This document shows positions 63,620-64,000 of a stretch of DNA of 64,000 nt, one piece after another. Under the pieces are notes generated by a model, which did no database searches, was not told where the DNA came from, and saw only the letters and a list, made by a program, of their open reading frames with translations. The position numbers were made by a program, and so were the translations under genes. Every line of letters starts with the position of its first letter. Positions within the stretch are counted from its first letter, which is position 1. The stretch comes from Chiloscyllium plagiosum (Eukaryota), in NCBI RefSeq assembly GCF_004010195.1, contig NC_057725.1:32620786-32684785 (forward strand), read 5' to 3'.

Positions 63620-64000
63620 TTGTTCACAGAAGTTGGTATGTTGCAGTTGCATCAAATCTGTAAGAATCTCAGGAAAAAGAACTTAAGACAAGGATGTAGT
63701 TAAATTTTGCCAGACATGTCATATATGTCAGCTATTCGGAAAACCACAGGCTGTAATAAAACCTGCACCTTTAATACCTATTCCAGCATTTGAGGAACCT
63801 TTCACAAGAGTCTTGATTGATTGCATAGGCCCCCTACCTCAATAAATACTTATTCTCACTTTTTGTTTAATAATAATGCCGACTAAATTTCCAGAGGCAA
63901 TCCCATTATGCAATATCACAGGAAAAAGGGCTGTCGAAGAATTACTTAAATTTTTTACTCAGTACGGATTAACAGTAGAGGTCAACTCAGATCAAGGATC
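63620..64000 (+). mobile_element. Gypsy-type LTR retrotransposon integrase fragment, degenerate, continuing past the window end
   Basis: Translates as DVVKFCQTCHICQLFGKPQAVIKPAPLIPIPAFEEPFTRVLIDCIGPLP...TKFPEAIPLCNITGKRAVEELLKFFTQYGLTVEVNSDQGS (CxxC of the zinc finger and the D,D of the DDE core). Confidence 0.85.

Overview
Repeat-rich vertebrate genomic DNA, most likely from a cartilaginous fish (inferred from HE1-type SINEs, DeuSINE/SacSINE1-like copies, and abundant CR1, L1, Rex/Babar and Penelope relics). The main content is one spliced minus-strand immunoglobulin-superfamily gene (at least 29345..53878). All of its coding exons join in phase 1 with canonical AG/GT sites. The order is Ig V, Ig C1, a 117-nt transmembrane exon that the ORF track misses (46502..46618), then six more C1-type Ig domains and the stop, giving about 947 aa without the leader, which I could not locate. 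The V+C1 part resembles B7-H6/NCR3LG1. The six C1 domains lie after the TM segment, so they would be cytoplasmic in a type I protein, an unusual architecture and the top finding. The window also holds an intronless, internally deleted RBPMS2 retrocopy, a Gypsy integrase fragment, an RT-deleted L1, a Tx1-like ORF1 remnant, fold-back Penelope elements, a 57-bp tandem array with B-box-like motifs, and two assembly gaps. Repeat boundaries are approximate; exon boundaries were read base by base.
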